Shown: positions 18,423 through 27,330 of the stretch, one piece after another
Layout of the letters: each line of letters begins with the position of its first letter
Numbering within the stretch: the stretch's first letter is position 1
IMG/VR virus record: IMGVR_UViG_3300039068_000053
Location: 1-40,516 of that record
DNA from: a virus
Lineage: Duplodnaviria > Caudoviricetes
Length of the DNA: 40,516 nucleotides
Strand: one strand, 5' to 3'
The notes under the pieces: model-generated
Told to the model about the DNA's origin: nothing
Databases searched by the model: none
What the model saw: only the letters and a program-made list of their open reading frames with translations
Position numbers and translations under genes: made by a program

Positions 18423-19099
18423 TTCTCACCCTCCAACTTATCCACCTTCCAGCATTGCTCACGATAATTGCACATCTTGCATTTAAAACTTGAAATATGA
18501 CCATATCTTCTAGGTATCTCTAAAATATTATCAACAGAAGCTATTTCTTTACCACGATTGATCGCCCAATGGGCCTCTATTGGTTCTCTTTGTATAATTT
18601 CGACATGTATCTCGCAGTCATTTTTGTTAAGGGCAAAAAAGAGACAAGAAGAAAGGTCGAGCTTTTCCATATATACCTGACATTGCGTATAGTATTTTGG
18701 ATCTGAAAGTCTAACTCCAGATTTTTTAAGGGCGGTAAAACGGGTCGTGTTATAGGTTTTAAATTCAAGTAAAGATGGAGATTCAAGCATAATAATACCG
18801 TCAACGTGCCCAGCAAGCACACCATCAGTAAAACCAAACTGATTACCCTCCTCATCCAATAACCACATCTCATAACCAGCATTCTTTAAAAGTTTAATCA
18901 TATATTCTTCAAGCTGATGACCTAGATCAAATATTCTATGAATCCTAGGATCATCAACAGGCTTTGGCATTTTATATGAATACCAAAGTTTGCGATCACA
19001 TTCCTCACCTAGACCGCTCGCTCCCATGTAATCGCGCACCCCCTTATCGGAAGCGCGCTTGATTATGGCCTGGTCGATTCTCTTAATTAAATCATCCAT
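18419..19099 (-). CDS. Cas4-like PD-(D/E)XK exonuclease
   Basis: GASGLGEECDRKLW, GHQLEE, GHVDG, LEFKT, YYTQCQVYM, and C-terminal CKMC..C (Fe-S Cys pattern). Confidence 0.88.
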   Translation of the reverse strand: MDDLIKRIDQAIIKRASDKGVRDYMGASGLGEECDRKLWYSYKMPKPVDDPRIHRIFDLGHQLEEYMIKLLKNAGYEMWLLDEEGNQFGFTDGVLAGHVDGIIMLESPSLLEFKTYNTTRFTALKKSGVRLSDPKYYTQCQVYMEKLDLSSCLFFALNKNDCEIHVEIIQREPIEAHWAINRGKEIASVDNILEIPRRYGHISSFKCKMCNYREQCWKVDKLEGEK

Positions 19100-19548
19100 T
19101 ATTTCGCCCAGGGCTTAGCTTTTGTTGTTGTGCTTGGGGCCGTTGCTACTGACTTCTTTACTGTCTCAGTCAACGCCCAGTTCTTAGCATTGTAATAAAC
19201 TTTATCACCAACTGGTCTTTGCTCGAGCGTGATACTGAACACAGAGTTTGTCTTAATCGACTCGATTGAAATGTCATCACTTGCGCCAACAAGTTCTGCA
19301 ATCTGAGCAATCTCTCTTCTAGCAATGTCTTGAGTTGTCTTGTTTGCGTTCTCTACATTATAAGACAAGAAAAATGTTCTGCCTTTAAATGCTTCCGATA
19401 CAATCTTCATCTTTAGATTCCAAGATACACCACCAGCTAGAGTTTGCTTCTCTTCTACGGTGTCCATTTGAACATTGTACACACCTGGTGTAATTGGTGC
19501 ATAATCATTGCCTGCTGGAACTTCTGATGCTTTAAATACGATACCCAT
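19099..19548 (-). CDS. DUF669-like putative single-stranded DNA-binding protein
   Basis: PITPGVYNV..FKGRTFF and C-terminal KPWAK; synteny with AAA_24 and the nuclease. Confidence 0.75.
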   Translation of the reverse strand: MGIVFKASEVPAGNDYAPITPGVYNVQMDTVEEKQTLAGGVSWNLKMKIVSEAFKGRTFFLSYNVENANKTTQDIARREIAQIAELVGASDDISIESIKTNSVFSITLEQRPVGDKVYYNAKNWALTETVKKSVATAPSTTTKAKPWAK

Positions 19549-19557
19549 AAATACTCC

Positions 19558-20235
19558 TTATAATAAAACCTTATTAATAATTGCAGATAAGTCTGCATCT
19601 TCATATGAATCTAATAGTCCTGATCTGTCTTTAGCAAGTCGTGACTCAGTAGCATCGGTAATGAACTTTCTAACCTGCTCGCCATCTTCTTTCTTGTATG
19701 CCTTTAAGTGAAGAACTAAGTCAAACCATGCTTTAATAGATGACTTTACAGATGATCCTGGGAGGTTAAATTCCTCCATAGTCTCTACTCCATTCTTAAC
19801 TACCTCATCTAGACAAGTAAAGATCACTGAGTAATCTGTTAAATCACGAAATACTTTCACAATTTTAGTCATGATGTCGTTATACTGGCCGTACATCTTT
19901 AATGCCATCTTAGGGTCAGCATATTTAGGATCATTCTTTAACTCTGTTAAAACCATCTCGCCAATCTCAGTAAGAGAATCGATAAAGATATAATCAAACA
20001 ACTTTGGTTCTTTAGTTAGAAAATTATAAATATCCATTAAGTCATCAGTAGATTTAATTTCCTTTACTGGGAAATCAGTTCCCTTTAGACATAATAAACC
20101 AGCCTCTGCTGAGATAATTAGTGTTCTATCTTCTGGTAAAAATCTTACCTGTGAAGTCTTACCTATCCCAGAGCTTCCTACGATTAGTGCTACGAACCTA
20201 CTACTTGATACTTCTTTTGTGCTTTTAAATTCCAT
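19558..20235 (-). CDS. AAA_24 family ATPase (Sak4-like recombinase)
   Basis: Walker A GSSGIGKT, AEAGL, Walker B IFIDSLTE, AKDRSG. Confidence 0.88.
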   Translation of the reverse strand: MEFKSTKEVSSSRFVALIVGSSGIGKTSQVRFLPEDRTLIISAEAGLLCLKGTDFPVKEIKSTDDLMDIYNFLTKEPKLFDYIFIDSLTEIGEMVLTELKNDPKYADPKMALKMYGQYNDIMTKIVKVFRDLTDYSVIFTCLDEVVKNGVETMEEFNLPGSSVKSSIKAWFDLVLHLKAYKKEDGEQVRKFITDATESRLAKDRSGLLDSYEDADLSAIINKVLL

Positions 20236-20603
20236 TATACCATCTCCTTATATTCAATTTTAAATGTCGGCTTACCTTGTTTTATAACTATAGCCTCATC
20301 AACAATCGATTTGGCATTAGCATTTAGTGATGAATATTTTCTCTTGTCAAATTCAAACTTAGCCTTAAAGAGATCTGGACAAGATTGAGCAATCTCCTGA
20401 TCAACAGATACGGTCTCATTGTGTTTGATTGTTACAGAAAAATATCCTCTATCTGTCATTTCATTAAATGTTCTGCTTCCATTTAGATTCAAGTTATTAT
20501 TATCCCTTGCCTCAATGTAAATATCACTCTCCACCTCATGCAATTGTTCTGTTAACTTTCTAATCTCGCTCTTTAATTCTAACCATTGATTGTACTTATT
20601 CAT
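20235..20603 (-). CDS. Hypothetical coiled-coil protein of the recombination module
   Basis: Start revised to ATG 20603 (AGGAG SD); N-terminal coiled coil and C-terminal GKPTFKI. Confidence 0.65.
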   Translation of the reverse strand: MNKYNQWLELKSEIRKLTEQLHEVESDIYIEARDNNNLNLNGSRTFNEMTDRGYFSVTIKHNETVSVDQEIAQSCPDLFKAKFEFDKRKYSSLNANAKSIVDEAIVIKQGKPTFKIEYKEMV

Positions 20604-20623
20604 CCTTATTCTCCTACCTATTA

Positions 20624-20667
20624 TTGACAACTCAAACAATATAACTTATACTCAATCAATATGTCAA
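20624..20667. promoter_or_regulatory. Overlapping oppositely oriented sigma70 promoters with tandem 13-bp repeats
   Basis: + strand TTGACA(20624)-N17-TATACT; - strand TTGACA(20667)-N18-TATATT; ACTCAAACAATAT (20630) and ACTCAATCAATAT (20650). Confidence 0.75.
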
Positions 20668-20686
20668 CACTATTTTAAAGGAATTT

Positions 20687-20890
20687 ATGACAATCGCTGA
20701 ATACATTGAAAAGACTGGAATTACATACCGACAATTTGCTAAAGACTGTGACCTTTCACCATCTATGCTTTATCGTTTAAAGACTGGAGAAAGAGGAACT
20801 AATATCTCGCTTGCCGTAGCTCAAAAAGTAGTTAAGGGCACTAAGGGAAAAGTTACTCTTGATGACTTACTGTCAGTCTTTAAGAAATAA
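20687..20890 (+). CDS. Cro/XRE-family helix-turn-helix regulator
   Basis: ITYRQFAKDCDLSPSMLYRLKTG HTH and terminal GKVTLDDL; no peptidase domain. Confidence 0.9.
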   Translation: MTIAEYIEKTGITYRQFAKDCDLSPSMLYRLKTGERGTNISLAVAQKVVKGTKGKVTLDDLLSVFKK

Positions 20891-22276
20891 TTCGGGTACT
20901 ACAGTTACTTTCACCAGTTGTTTGAATATCTCTAAGGGGTACTTCTTTTTCAGTTGGTGAAAGGCAAAGTCTGGCTTAAGCTTCTTAGTTTTTCTCACCC
21001 ATTCCAATCGATAATATTCTTTTCTCATCATCTCGAATAGCATTTTTGCTCTTTCCTCTTCACTCTCAAAGTACTCTGTTAATTGCCCAGCTACGCTTTT
21101 TACTTCACGAACAACTTTAGGCTTTATCCATCCACACTCAGGACATGATTCGTTTTCCTCTGGATCGAATACAAAGAAACATTCTTCACAGGTACATACC
21201 TTTTGATCCATTGGTTTAGATTTTTTCTTTGCTGGTTTCTCTAGTGAAACTTCACGAAGTCTGTATGGCCCACCATGGCGAAAAACATTGCCAGCATTAT
21301 CTAAGACTATGCAGTTTTCTTTCCCTGGAGATGCTCGAAGCCCACGACCTAGCATTTGCAGATAGAGTGTCAATGAGTACGTTGGACGAGCAAATACAAT
21401 ACATGAAACTTCTGGACAGTCCCACCCTGTTGAAAACAGATTCACATTCACCACAACTTCGATGGATCCATCGACAAGGCCTGCCTTCGCAGCGTCCCTT
21501 TCTGCCTCAGAAGATTCAGCGTCAACTTGTACTGCACGAATACCGCGATCACAAAACTCCTGTTTTAATCTTAAAGAGTGTTCGATGCTCACAGCAAAAA
21601 CGACTGTGGGTCTTCTTTCACCATACTGGAGCCAGTCGCTTACAATATCTCCAACAATTTTAGAGTCAGAAACAACGCTTTCAAGTTGCTTTCGGTTAAA
21701 GTCACCACCTGTCTTCTTTACTGCGCTTACATCGATTAAGTGAGGGCAATATATTTTCTCTGGGACTAAATGCCCCATGTCTCTTATCTCAAAGCCATGA
21801 ATTGGGTTAACTACAGCTTGATAATGCGACATGTCAGTAAACGGTGTGCCTGTTGGTCCAATGAAGTATGCATTAGGATATTCTGCAAATACTGGTGAAT
21901 AATCTAGGTGAGCTTCATCTAAAATAATTAATGGTTCTTGATCTTTGAACGGCCAGTTGTCTCTTGATCTAAGTGTATCAACAGATGCGACTTGTATAAT
22001 CTTCTTTTGATTATATCGCCAATGTCCTGCCATATTTATAGAGTGATCAATGCCATATTTATCTAGTGTCTGGGAGATGTTCTTCACAAGTTCTCTACCT
22101 CTCACGATAAACAGTACTGGGTATTTATATGTTAATGCACGTTGAATTAACCAAGATGATATTACAGTTTTACCAGCACCAGTCTGTGCCCACAAAACTA
22201 CTCTGCGATTGTTTAGCCTAAACTCTTCATCAATCTGATCAATAGCAAGCCTCTGGTAATCTCGAAGAACTATCAT
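20873..22276 (-). CDS. SF2 DEAH helicase with C-terminal Zn ribbon (RadD/YejH-like)
   Basis: LRDYQ, AQTGAGKT, DEAH, TGTP, TGWDCP, QMLGRGLR and CEEC..CPECG. Confidence 0.93.
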   Translation of the reverse strand: MIVLRDYQRLAIDQIDEEFRLNNRRVVLWAQTGAGKTVISSWLIQRALTYKYPVLFIVRGRELVKNISQTLDKYGIDHSINMAGHWRYNQKKIIQVASVDTLRSRDNWPFKDQEPLIILDEAHLDYSPVFAEYPNAYFIGPTGTPFTDMSHYQAVVNPIHGFEIRDMGHLVPEKIYCPHLIDVSAVKKTGGDFNRKQLESVVSDSKIVGDIVSDWLQYGERRPTVVFAVSIEHSLRLKQEFCDRGIRAVQVDAESSEAERDAAKAGLVDGSIEVVVNVNLFSTGWDCPEVSCIVFARPTYSLTLYLQMLGRGLRASPGKENCIVLDNAGNVFRHGGPYRLREVSLEKPAKKKSKPMDQKVCTCEECFFVFDPEENESCPECGWIKPKVVREVKSVAGQLTEYFESEEERAKMLFEMMRKEYYRLEWVRKTKKLKPDFAFHQLKKKYPLEIFKQLVKVTVVPELFLKD

Positions 22277-24594
22277 GCATGTATCCAGACCAAGGGATTT
22301 ACTATCAATATCCTTCCATTGGTTCTGTTGGTAATGCTTGCGATATAACCTCTCATCTCAAGATCATCTACCATCTTCATCAGTGAAGAACTCTTACTAC
22401 CATGTTGTCTCCAGCTTTGATTCCACTGAGCTATTGTCTCACCAGACTTTAAGTTTTGAGCTTTGATCAGCTCAACCAATCTTTCAATCTCGCCTCTGTT
22501 AAGAGCATCTTGAGAAGTCTGGAATATATCTTTCATATCCTGAGCTATAAACTTTAATAGATCATCTGCCATTACCACAGCATCTCTGCCAATCTCTCTA
22601 GGTCTTGCGCCTTCACTGAGAAGAATCTGATAAAGACAAGCAAATCTGCACAGTAAGCCTTCATGTTTAAACAACGAGGATCCTATCGGTGTACCTGAAT
22701 ATGGCATAGCTCTACGTCTAATATCATGTCTAACTTCATCATATGTATGAGAAGCTTCCATACCAACATGAATGACACCTGGAGTGTGATGAAAGACATC
22801 ACTGTAAATCTGATATTCTTTTGTGTATCTGTTATAGTTTACGTCTTTAATTCTTTCGTGCGATGGTTCTCCAAATGCACAGTAAATGAATCTTTGATAG
22901 AATCCATCATTTTCTCTTAGTCTTGGATTGTGCATGTCTTGGATGTGACAGCTTAATACGTCTGGTTGAATAGAGGTGAGAATGGAAATAATATGACGCT
23001 CTATATAGTCTTTTCCTCGCGCAAGAGTACTATAACTATAGTCTTTATTCCCATCCACACCTTTCATAAAGAAGGTTCTAGCTTCTTCATTTCCTTTTTT
23101 TCTAATTAATGCATCCAGCTGCTTAAACTCATCTAGGTCAAAGTACAATCCATTATTCTGATTATTCTTTGCATCTAGTGTGATCTTCTGAATTGATGAC
23201 ATCTCCACCATCCACTCAGTCTGAACTAAGTTCAATCCCTCTAGCTCGCGTTGGAGCTCAGCTATTTCCTTTTGGGTGGCCTCAGATTGATCCATCTCAC
23301 CCTTTGCCGCTAAGCTCTTGGCTTCTTTATAAAGTGCTTCTATACGAGCTTGGATCCTCTGCTCTTCATCTAATAGTGATCTTTGGTTTGATCTCTTGAT
23401 CTCTTTGTTTATAACTCTACACTGTCTATTTGCCATCATAGTAATGTCAGACTTCTTACTACCAGAGTTAGCAACCATACAGATTGCCATGTTTGGGTAC
23501 TGGTGAAACTCATCTAATGGTTTTGGTTGAATCTTATACTTGGTCTGGGCACAGGCACCTAGTGAGGCAAGAAATGCCATAAAGATCGGGTATGGTTTAA
23601 CTCCGGTTGCCTCTGACATTTCAACTATCATCTTTCTCCAGACTGGAGGAATTAGCTTTACATCAAAATCTTCCCTCTCAACCTTAATTTCCTTCTCAAG
23701 CGGCATTAGTGGGTTAAAAGATATTGACTCAGTAGATATTGCCTCAGACTCCTCGGCAAAAGTTGCCCCCGAGTTCTGCAGGAATGTTCTAGCAACTGAT
23801 GCTATCCACGCGGAAGCATTAATACTTCTGTCATTAGTCTTTATCTCGGCACGCTTTTTGTTAAACTCATAAAGAAAGAATGAATTTTTAGGGCAATGAA
23901 TAGCATCAAAATCAAGCATCTCAGTGAGTACTTGGCTAAACTTGGGTCTATTATTGTACTTCTTAAATATACGTCCCAATTGGGCTATCATGACCCCATA
24001 ACGTCCATCGGCTACATCGTCTGATGAGTATTGCAGCTGTGATGGTAAGTTCTTATTGGCCACTGTTACGGTTGGAGAGTTAATTAGCGTAGGTATTGTT
24101 TCAATTTGTGCGAAGGGAATTACTGGAAGATCATCATAGTCTACTGTTAGAAGTGTCGCCGCATCATCGTCCCATGTGTAGTACAAGTCATCTGAGTGAA
24201 GTGATGGTGGGACAATAACTTGCTTGTTCTCATAGAAGACTTCGACAAAGCCACCACCAGGACACGAAAACTTATACATTGACTTTGACTGCTCACCATC
24301 GGTAAGGAAGAAAGCCTTGAAGCCCTTTGCACCATAGCATCTGACAGCGAATGGGAAGTGAGCTATCAGTCTCTCGCATATCTCGGGGTCATTGCTATCA
24401 ACATCAATGCAAGCTAGTCGTCTGTTGTACTTTTGCCCTATCAGCACACCAAATCCAGTACAGTGAGCTGGGATCTCTATGTCTAATAATTCCTCTGGAG
24501 TTCTATTGTTCCAGTCTGAGATTATAGGTATCTTTTTATTGGCAGGAATAACTGAATAGTTCTCCTGATATTTTTGGATTATATCTTGTAGCAA
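22273..24594 (-). CDS. Bifunctional Prim-Pol fused to a DUF3987-like helicase domain
   Basis: N-terminal GFGVLIG..CIDVD..VIVPPSLH..YTW (AEP Prim-Pol); C-terminal ANSGSKKS, LDEF, IQP, DGFYQRF; TTG start with AAGGAG SD. Confidence 0.85.
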   Translation of the reverse strand: MLQDIIQKYQENYSVIPANKKIPIISDWNNRTPEELLDIEIPAHCTGFGVLIGQKYNRRLACIDVDSNDPEICERLIAHFPFAVRCYGAKGFKAFFLTDGEQSKSMYKFSCPGGGFVEVFYENKQVIVPPSLHSDDLYYTWDDDAATLLTVDYDDLPVIPFAQIETIPTLINSPTVTVANKNLPSQLQYSSDDVADGRYGVMIAQLGRIFKKYNNRPKFSQVLTEMLDFDAIHCPKNSFFLYEFNKKRAEIKTNDRSINASAWIASVARTFLQNSGATFAEESEAISTESISFNPLMPLEKEIKVEREDFDVKLIPPVWRKMIVEMSEATGVKPYPIFMAFLASLGACAQTKYKIQPKPLDEFHQYPNMAICMVANSGSKKSDITMMANRQCRVINKEIKRSNQRSLLDEEQRIQARIEALYKEAKSLAAKGEMDQSEATQKEIAELQRELEGLNLVQTEWMVEMSSIQKITLDAKNNQNNGLYFDLDEFKQLDALIRKKGNEEARTFFMKGVDGNKDYSYSTLARGKDYIERHIISILTSIQPDVLSCHIQDMHNPRLRENDGFYQRFIYCAFGEPSHERIKDVNYNRYTKEYQIYSDVFHHTPGVIHVGMEASHTYDEVRHDIRRRAMPYSGTPIGSSLFKHEGLLCRFACLYQILLSEGARPREIGRDAVVMADDLLKFIAQDMKDIFQTSQDALNRGEIERLVELIKAQNLKSGETIAQWNQSWRQHGSKSSSLMKMVDDLEMRGYIASITNRTNGRILIVNPLVWIHA

Positions 24595-24629
24595 GGCTTG
24601 CGCTCCTTCTTTTAAAATGTAGAACCTAA

Positions 24630-24658
24630 ATTCTTATTCCATCTCTCAATATTGTCAA
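24630..24658 (-). promoter_or_regulatory. Putative promoter of the primase-helicase operon
   Basis: Perfect TTGACA on the - strand (24658-24653) with a weak -10 (AAGAAT). Confidence 0.45.
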
Positions 24659-24868
24659 CTAAAACTGAAAGAGATCGACATGGCTTACTTTAATCCTAGT
24701 AATTACAGGACGTAGCGGCTTGTCTTTGTGTGTGAGTAAGTACTCTTCTTTGGTTAATATTGCAGGACAATACTTGCACTCTTTGATCAGTTTATCTTTA
24801 ACAGATATTATAAAAGTGCCCCAGGTATGCTCACCCGAGCAGTGATTACGATAAACTTTCTTTCTCAT
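24659..24868 (-). CDS. Small putative Zn-binding protein
   Basis: C..EH.W...CKYC; ATGA coupling. Confidence 0.6.
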   Translation of the reverse strand: MRKKVYRNHCSGEHTWGTFIISVKDKLIKECKYCPAILTKEEYLLTHKDKPLRPVITRIKVSHVDLFQF

Positions 24869-25035
24869 CTTATTGCCATCACTAATTGTTCAGCGGCCAC
24901 CTTTGCTGTCATCATGCCTATACTCACCAATGCAACCATCTTCCAGTTAGACACAAGTCTTTTTAGCCTATCCAATCTACCTTCAAACTCTGACAGAGTG
25001 ACTATTCTTTCTGCTAATACTAAATTAATCTTCAC
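24865..25035 (-). CDS. 56-aa hypothetical protein (not in ORF track)
   Basis: GTG start, MKINLVLAERIVTLSEFEGRLDRLKRL...; SD upstream; ATGA overlap downstream. Confidence 0.55.
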   Translation of the reverse strand: MKINLVLAERIVTLSEFEGRLDRLKRLVSNWKMVALVSIGMMTAKVAAEQLVMAIR

Positions 25036-25039
25036 TTCC

Positions 25040-25255
25040 CTTGCTCCTTGTTTTTTTACAAATATCCAACTTCTGTGTACTCTAAATGAATTACCTTATT
25101 GATATGGTTCTGAGTTTTTTTATTGGCTGTAACGGTCATGACTCCCCAGTCATATTCCATTGTAAACTTCATGTTCTGAGAATTAACCTTTAGTAGTAAG
25201 CACAGGTTACCTGTATTGTTATCCATATATATCTTCATGCTTGCTCCTTGTTTTT
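25040..25255. repeat. 16-bp direct repeat CTTGCTCCTTGTTTTT flanking ORF 25056..25238
   Basis: Exact copies at 25040-25055 and 25240-25255. Confidence 0.9.
25056..25238 (-). CDS. Hypothetical protein
   Basis: 60 aa; AAGGAG SD; ATGA overlap. Confidence 0.6.
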   Translation of the reverse strand: MKIYMDNNTGNLCLLLKVNSQNMKFTMEYDWGVMTVTANKKTQNHINKVIHLEYTEVGYL

Positions 25256-25711
25256 GAAGTATTCACGGGCGCGTTTGCCAGCGAAAAATTGACTTCTAAT
25301 CTGTTCAATGTCTTCGTCTAGCTTGCAAAATCTCGGCACCCCGACTCTGTCAGTTATCCACTGCTCGCAGTTCGCGTAGAACCTAATCACCTTCTCCGCT
25401 TTTTCAAGTTGGGAAGTTAGTTGTAAAATGTCTCCATAGTATTTAGTGTTGAGGTATTGTAGCTTATCAATCTCCCCATCTTTCTCTTTTAATTGAGCTT
25501 TAAGGGAGAGGATTTGAGCATCGTGAAAAGACTTTGTGATAAACATAATCTCATCGTGTTCTTTTTGAGCTGATTTTTTAGCTGCGAGGAATCCACCTAA
25601 ATAACAGTCACTCGTTATATGGTCATATAGACCGATCATTCCCAGTTTTCTAATCCATGAATCTTTAGCTTCTTCACACCACTTCTCTTCGTTTTTATCG
25701 TTAGCGCTCAT
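25235..25711 (-). CDS. Hypothetical coiled-coil early protein
   Basis: YLGGFLAA, coiled coil, IRFYAN..W and GKRAREYF; coupled overlaps. Confidence 0.7.
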   Translation of the reverse strand: MSANDKNEEKWCEEAKDSWIRKLGMIGLYDHITSDCYLGGFLAAKKSAQKEHDEIMFITKSFHDAQILSLKAQLKEKDGEIDKLQYLNTKYYGDILQLTSQLEKAEKVIRFYANCEQWITDRVGVPRFCKLDEDIEQIRSQFFAGKRAREYFKNKEQA

Positions 25712-26031
25712 TTTAACTCCTCATAGTCTTTAAGCCATTGTTTAGCTTGAGCCATTAATCCGCCATTATTAGGACTAGTTTCTATAAAGTCCTTCATGTG
25801 TGGTAATGTAATTTCAAGAAGCCTATCTCTCTTCTCGATTTCGGCCATCAACTGTCGCTCGCTAGGACTTAGTGGGTTGTACTTTTTTAGTGAATCGATT
25901 TCTTCCTGAGCTTTTTCACGAGCGGCTAAGTAATACATCTCTCTAATGTCGTAATCATGCATCTCAATGATTAGCGTAGTTTTATCGTATTCTTCAAACT
26001 CCTCTCTCCACTGCTCTTGCTTTGTTTTCAT
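25708..26031 (-). CDS. Hypothetical coiled-coil early protein
   Basis: YLAAREKAQEEID resembles FLAAKKSAQKEHD of the neighbouring gene. Confidence 0.7.
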   Translation of the reverse strand: MKTKQEQWREEFEEYDKTTLIIEMHDYDIREMYYLAAREKAQEEIDSLKKYNPLSPSERQLMAEIEKRDRLLEITLPHMKDFIETSPNNGGLMAQAKQWLKDYEELK

Positions 26032-26156
26032 TTAATACCTATGTTTTTAGAGTTACACTTCGGGCACCTGTCATGCGGTTGGATTTGTCTTCTGAGAAAC
26101 CATTCCACCCTACATTTTTTGCACCTTATTTTTATATACGAAAAAACCTTAATCAC
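26028..26156 (-). CDS. 42-aa zinc-ribbon protein (not in ORF track)
   Basis: MIKVFSYIKIRCKKCRVEWFLRRQIQPHDRCPKCNSKNIGIK; two CxxC motifs; ATGA overlap. Confidence 0.65.
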   Translation of the reverse strand: MIKVFSYIKIRCKKCRVEWFLRRQIQPHDRCPKCNSKNIGIK

Positions 26157-26176
26157 TTTTCACTTCCCTTTATAAC

Positions 26177-26509
26177 TTAAGTTTCTGTAAGTGGTTTGTT
26201 TAAGATTTCATCCACTTCCCAATATCTCTCTTGTAATCTTCTAATTGTTTCTTCTGGTGCTGAATATGGATTGAATATGAATTTTAAAATATCCCTCATC
26301 TTCTCATTTTCTTCTTTGAGTTTTTCTATTTTTTCAAACATAGGATTCCATGCATTTTGTTTTTTGCGAACACATAATCCGCAAGGCTTAGATGAAAGAA
26401 ATCTTCTCCTTTGAATTTTGAAAAAATCACCACACTCGTGGCACTTACAAATAAGAATAACGTGACCACCTGAAACTCTTATGTTGGTTTCCTCGATTAT
26501 CAAACTCAC
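26177..26509 (-). CDS. Zn-finger/coiled-coil early protein
   Basis: CKCHECG...PCGLC then LKEENEK; start revised to GTG 26509, which overlaps the stop of the upstream peptide. Confidence 0.6.
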   Translation of the reverse strand: MSLIIEETNIRVSGGHVILICKCHECGDFFKIQRRRFLSSKPCGLCVRKKQNAWNPMFEKIEKLKEENEKMRDILKFIFNPYSAPEETIRRLQERYWEVDEILNKPLTET

Positions 26510-26751
26510 GGAAGCCTTCCCATTGTGAACCATGAGAAAACAAAAACAATAAGACAGACGATTAATATCCAATCACTCATATCTACTCCTCATTTTCTGT
26601 AAGTGGTTTGTTTAGTTTGCCATACTCAGGAAAGCATCTACAAAACTCTGACCATTGTTTAAGCTGTATTTCTCCACCACATTCTTCGCTTGATAGAATT
26701 GGATCGGTATAAAGAATAAGTGCGCGAAGTTTCTCATTTTCTTCTTTGAGT
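26182..26751. repeat. Two interleaved 21-bp direct repeats shared by neighbouring genes
   Basis: TTTCTGTAAGTGGTTTGTTTA at 26182 and 26594; TTCTCATTTTCTTCTTTGAGT at 26301 and 26731. Confidence 0.9.
26506..26580 (-). CDS. 24-aa transmembrane peptide (not in ORF track)
   Basis: MSDWILIVCLIVFVFSWFTMGRLP; GAGGAG SD; GTGA overlap. Confidence 0.55.
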   Translation of the reverse strand: MSDWILIVCLIVFVFSWFTMGRLP

Positions 26752-26969
26752 CCCTGGAGTTCGCCGCACACCTCAACCCACCTACTGATATTTATGTTCA
26801 CTTCTTTATGAAAGTCATCGAGAGAGATCACAGGTATCCACTCCCAGCCATGATCATGCACACTCGGTTTAAATTCTCCAAAATAAACATATCTTTCGTT
26901 TGAAATATTGCACTTGTCTGATTTTTGAATATACCAACGTCTTATCTTTCCATTTGCCACGCTTGTCAT
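26583..26969 (-). CDS. Hypothetical early protein
   Basis: 128 aa; GGGGAG SD; shares LKEENEK and LNKPLTE with the 26177 gene. Confidence 0.7.
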   Translation of the reverse strand: MTSVANGKIRRWYIQKSDKCNISNERYVYFGEFKPSVHDHGWEWIPVISLDDFHKEVNINISRWVEVCGELQGLKEENEKLRALILYTDPILSSEECGGEIQLKQWSEFCRCFPEYGKLNKPLTENEE

Positions 26970-27329
26970 TTACTCCCCCACTTCATATTCGTGCGTATAG
27001 ACTTCTTCTAGCTTTATCCAGTGATAGTCGCCTTCACTAGTTCCGTATTCACTTAAAAAGACTTCAATTGAACCAACAAGATCGGCCTCAGTAAATGCAT
27101 AATTATTGCCTTTTTTGTGATAACTAATCCTATACCAAGTAACCTTCTCAGTCTTTTTAGTAGGTGGAGTGTAGATTGATGATTTTTCTAATATATAACT
27201 ACTGTAAACACTGTGTTCACTGAGGTCTTCAAGCTCGTAAAAAGACTTATCTAACCCAATGTGCTTAATCGTGAAAATCTTTCCACCATTTTCCCACCTT
27301 CTCACCTGTCCAACTTCTAATTTATCCAT
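26970..27329 (-). CDS. Hypothetical early protein
   Basis: 119 aa; GAGGA SD; LEVGQVRRW N-terminus. Confidence 0.7.
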   Translation of the reverse strand: MDKLEVGQVRRWENGGKIFTIKHIGLDKSFYELEDLSEHSVYSSYILEKSSIYTPPTKKTEKVTWYRISYHKKGNNYAFTEADLVGSIEVFLSEYGTSEGDYHWIKLEEVYTHEYEVGE

Positions 27330-27330
27330 T

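Noticed and set aside
18419-19099. Cas4-like gene as part of a CRISPR-Cas system
   Set aside because: No repeat-spacer array or other cas genes are visible; it sits in a standard phage AAA_24/DUF669 recombination module.
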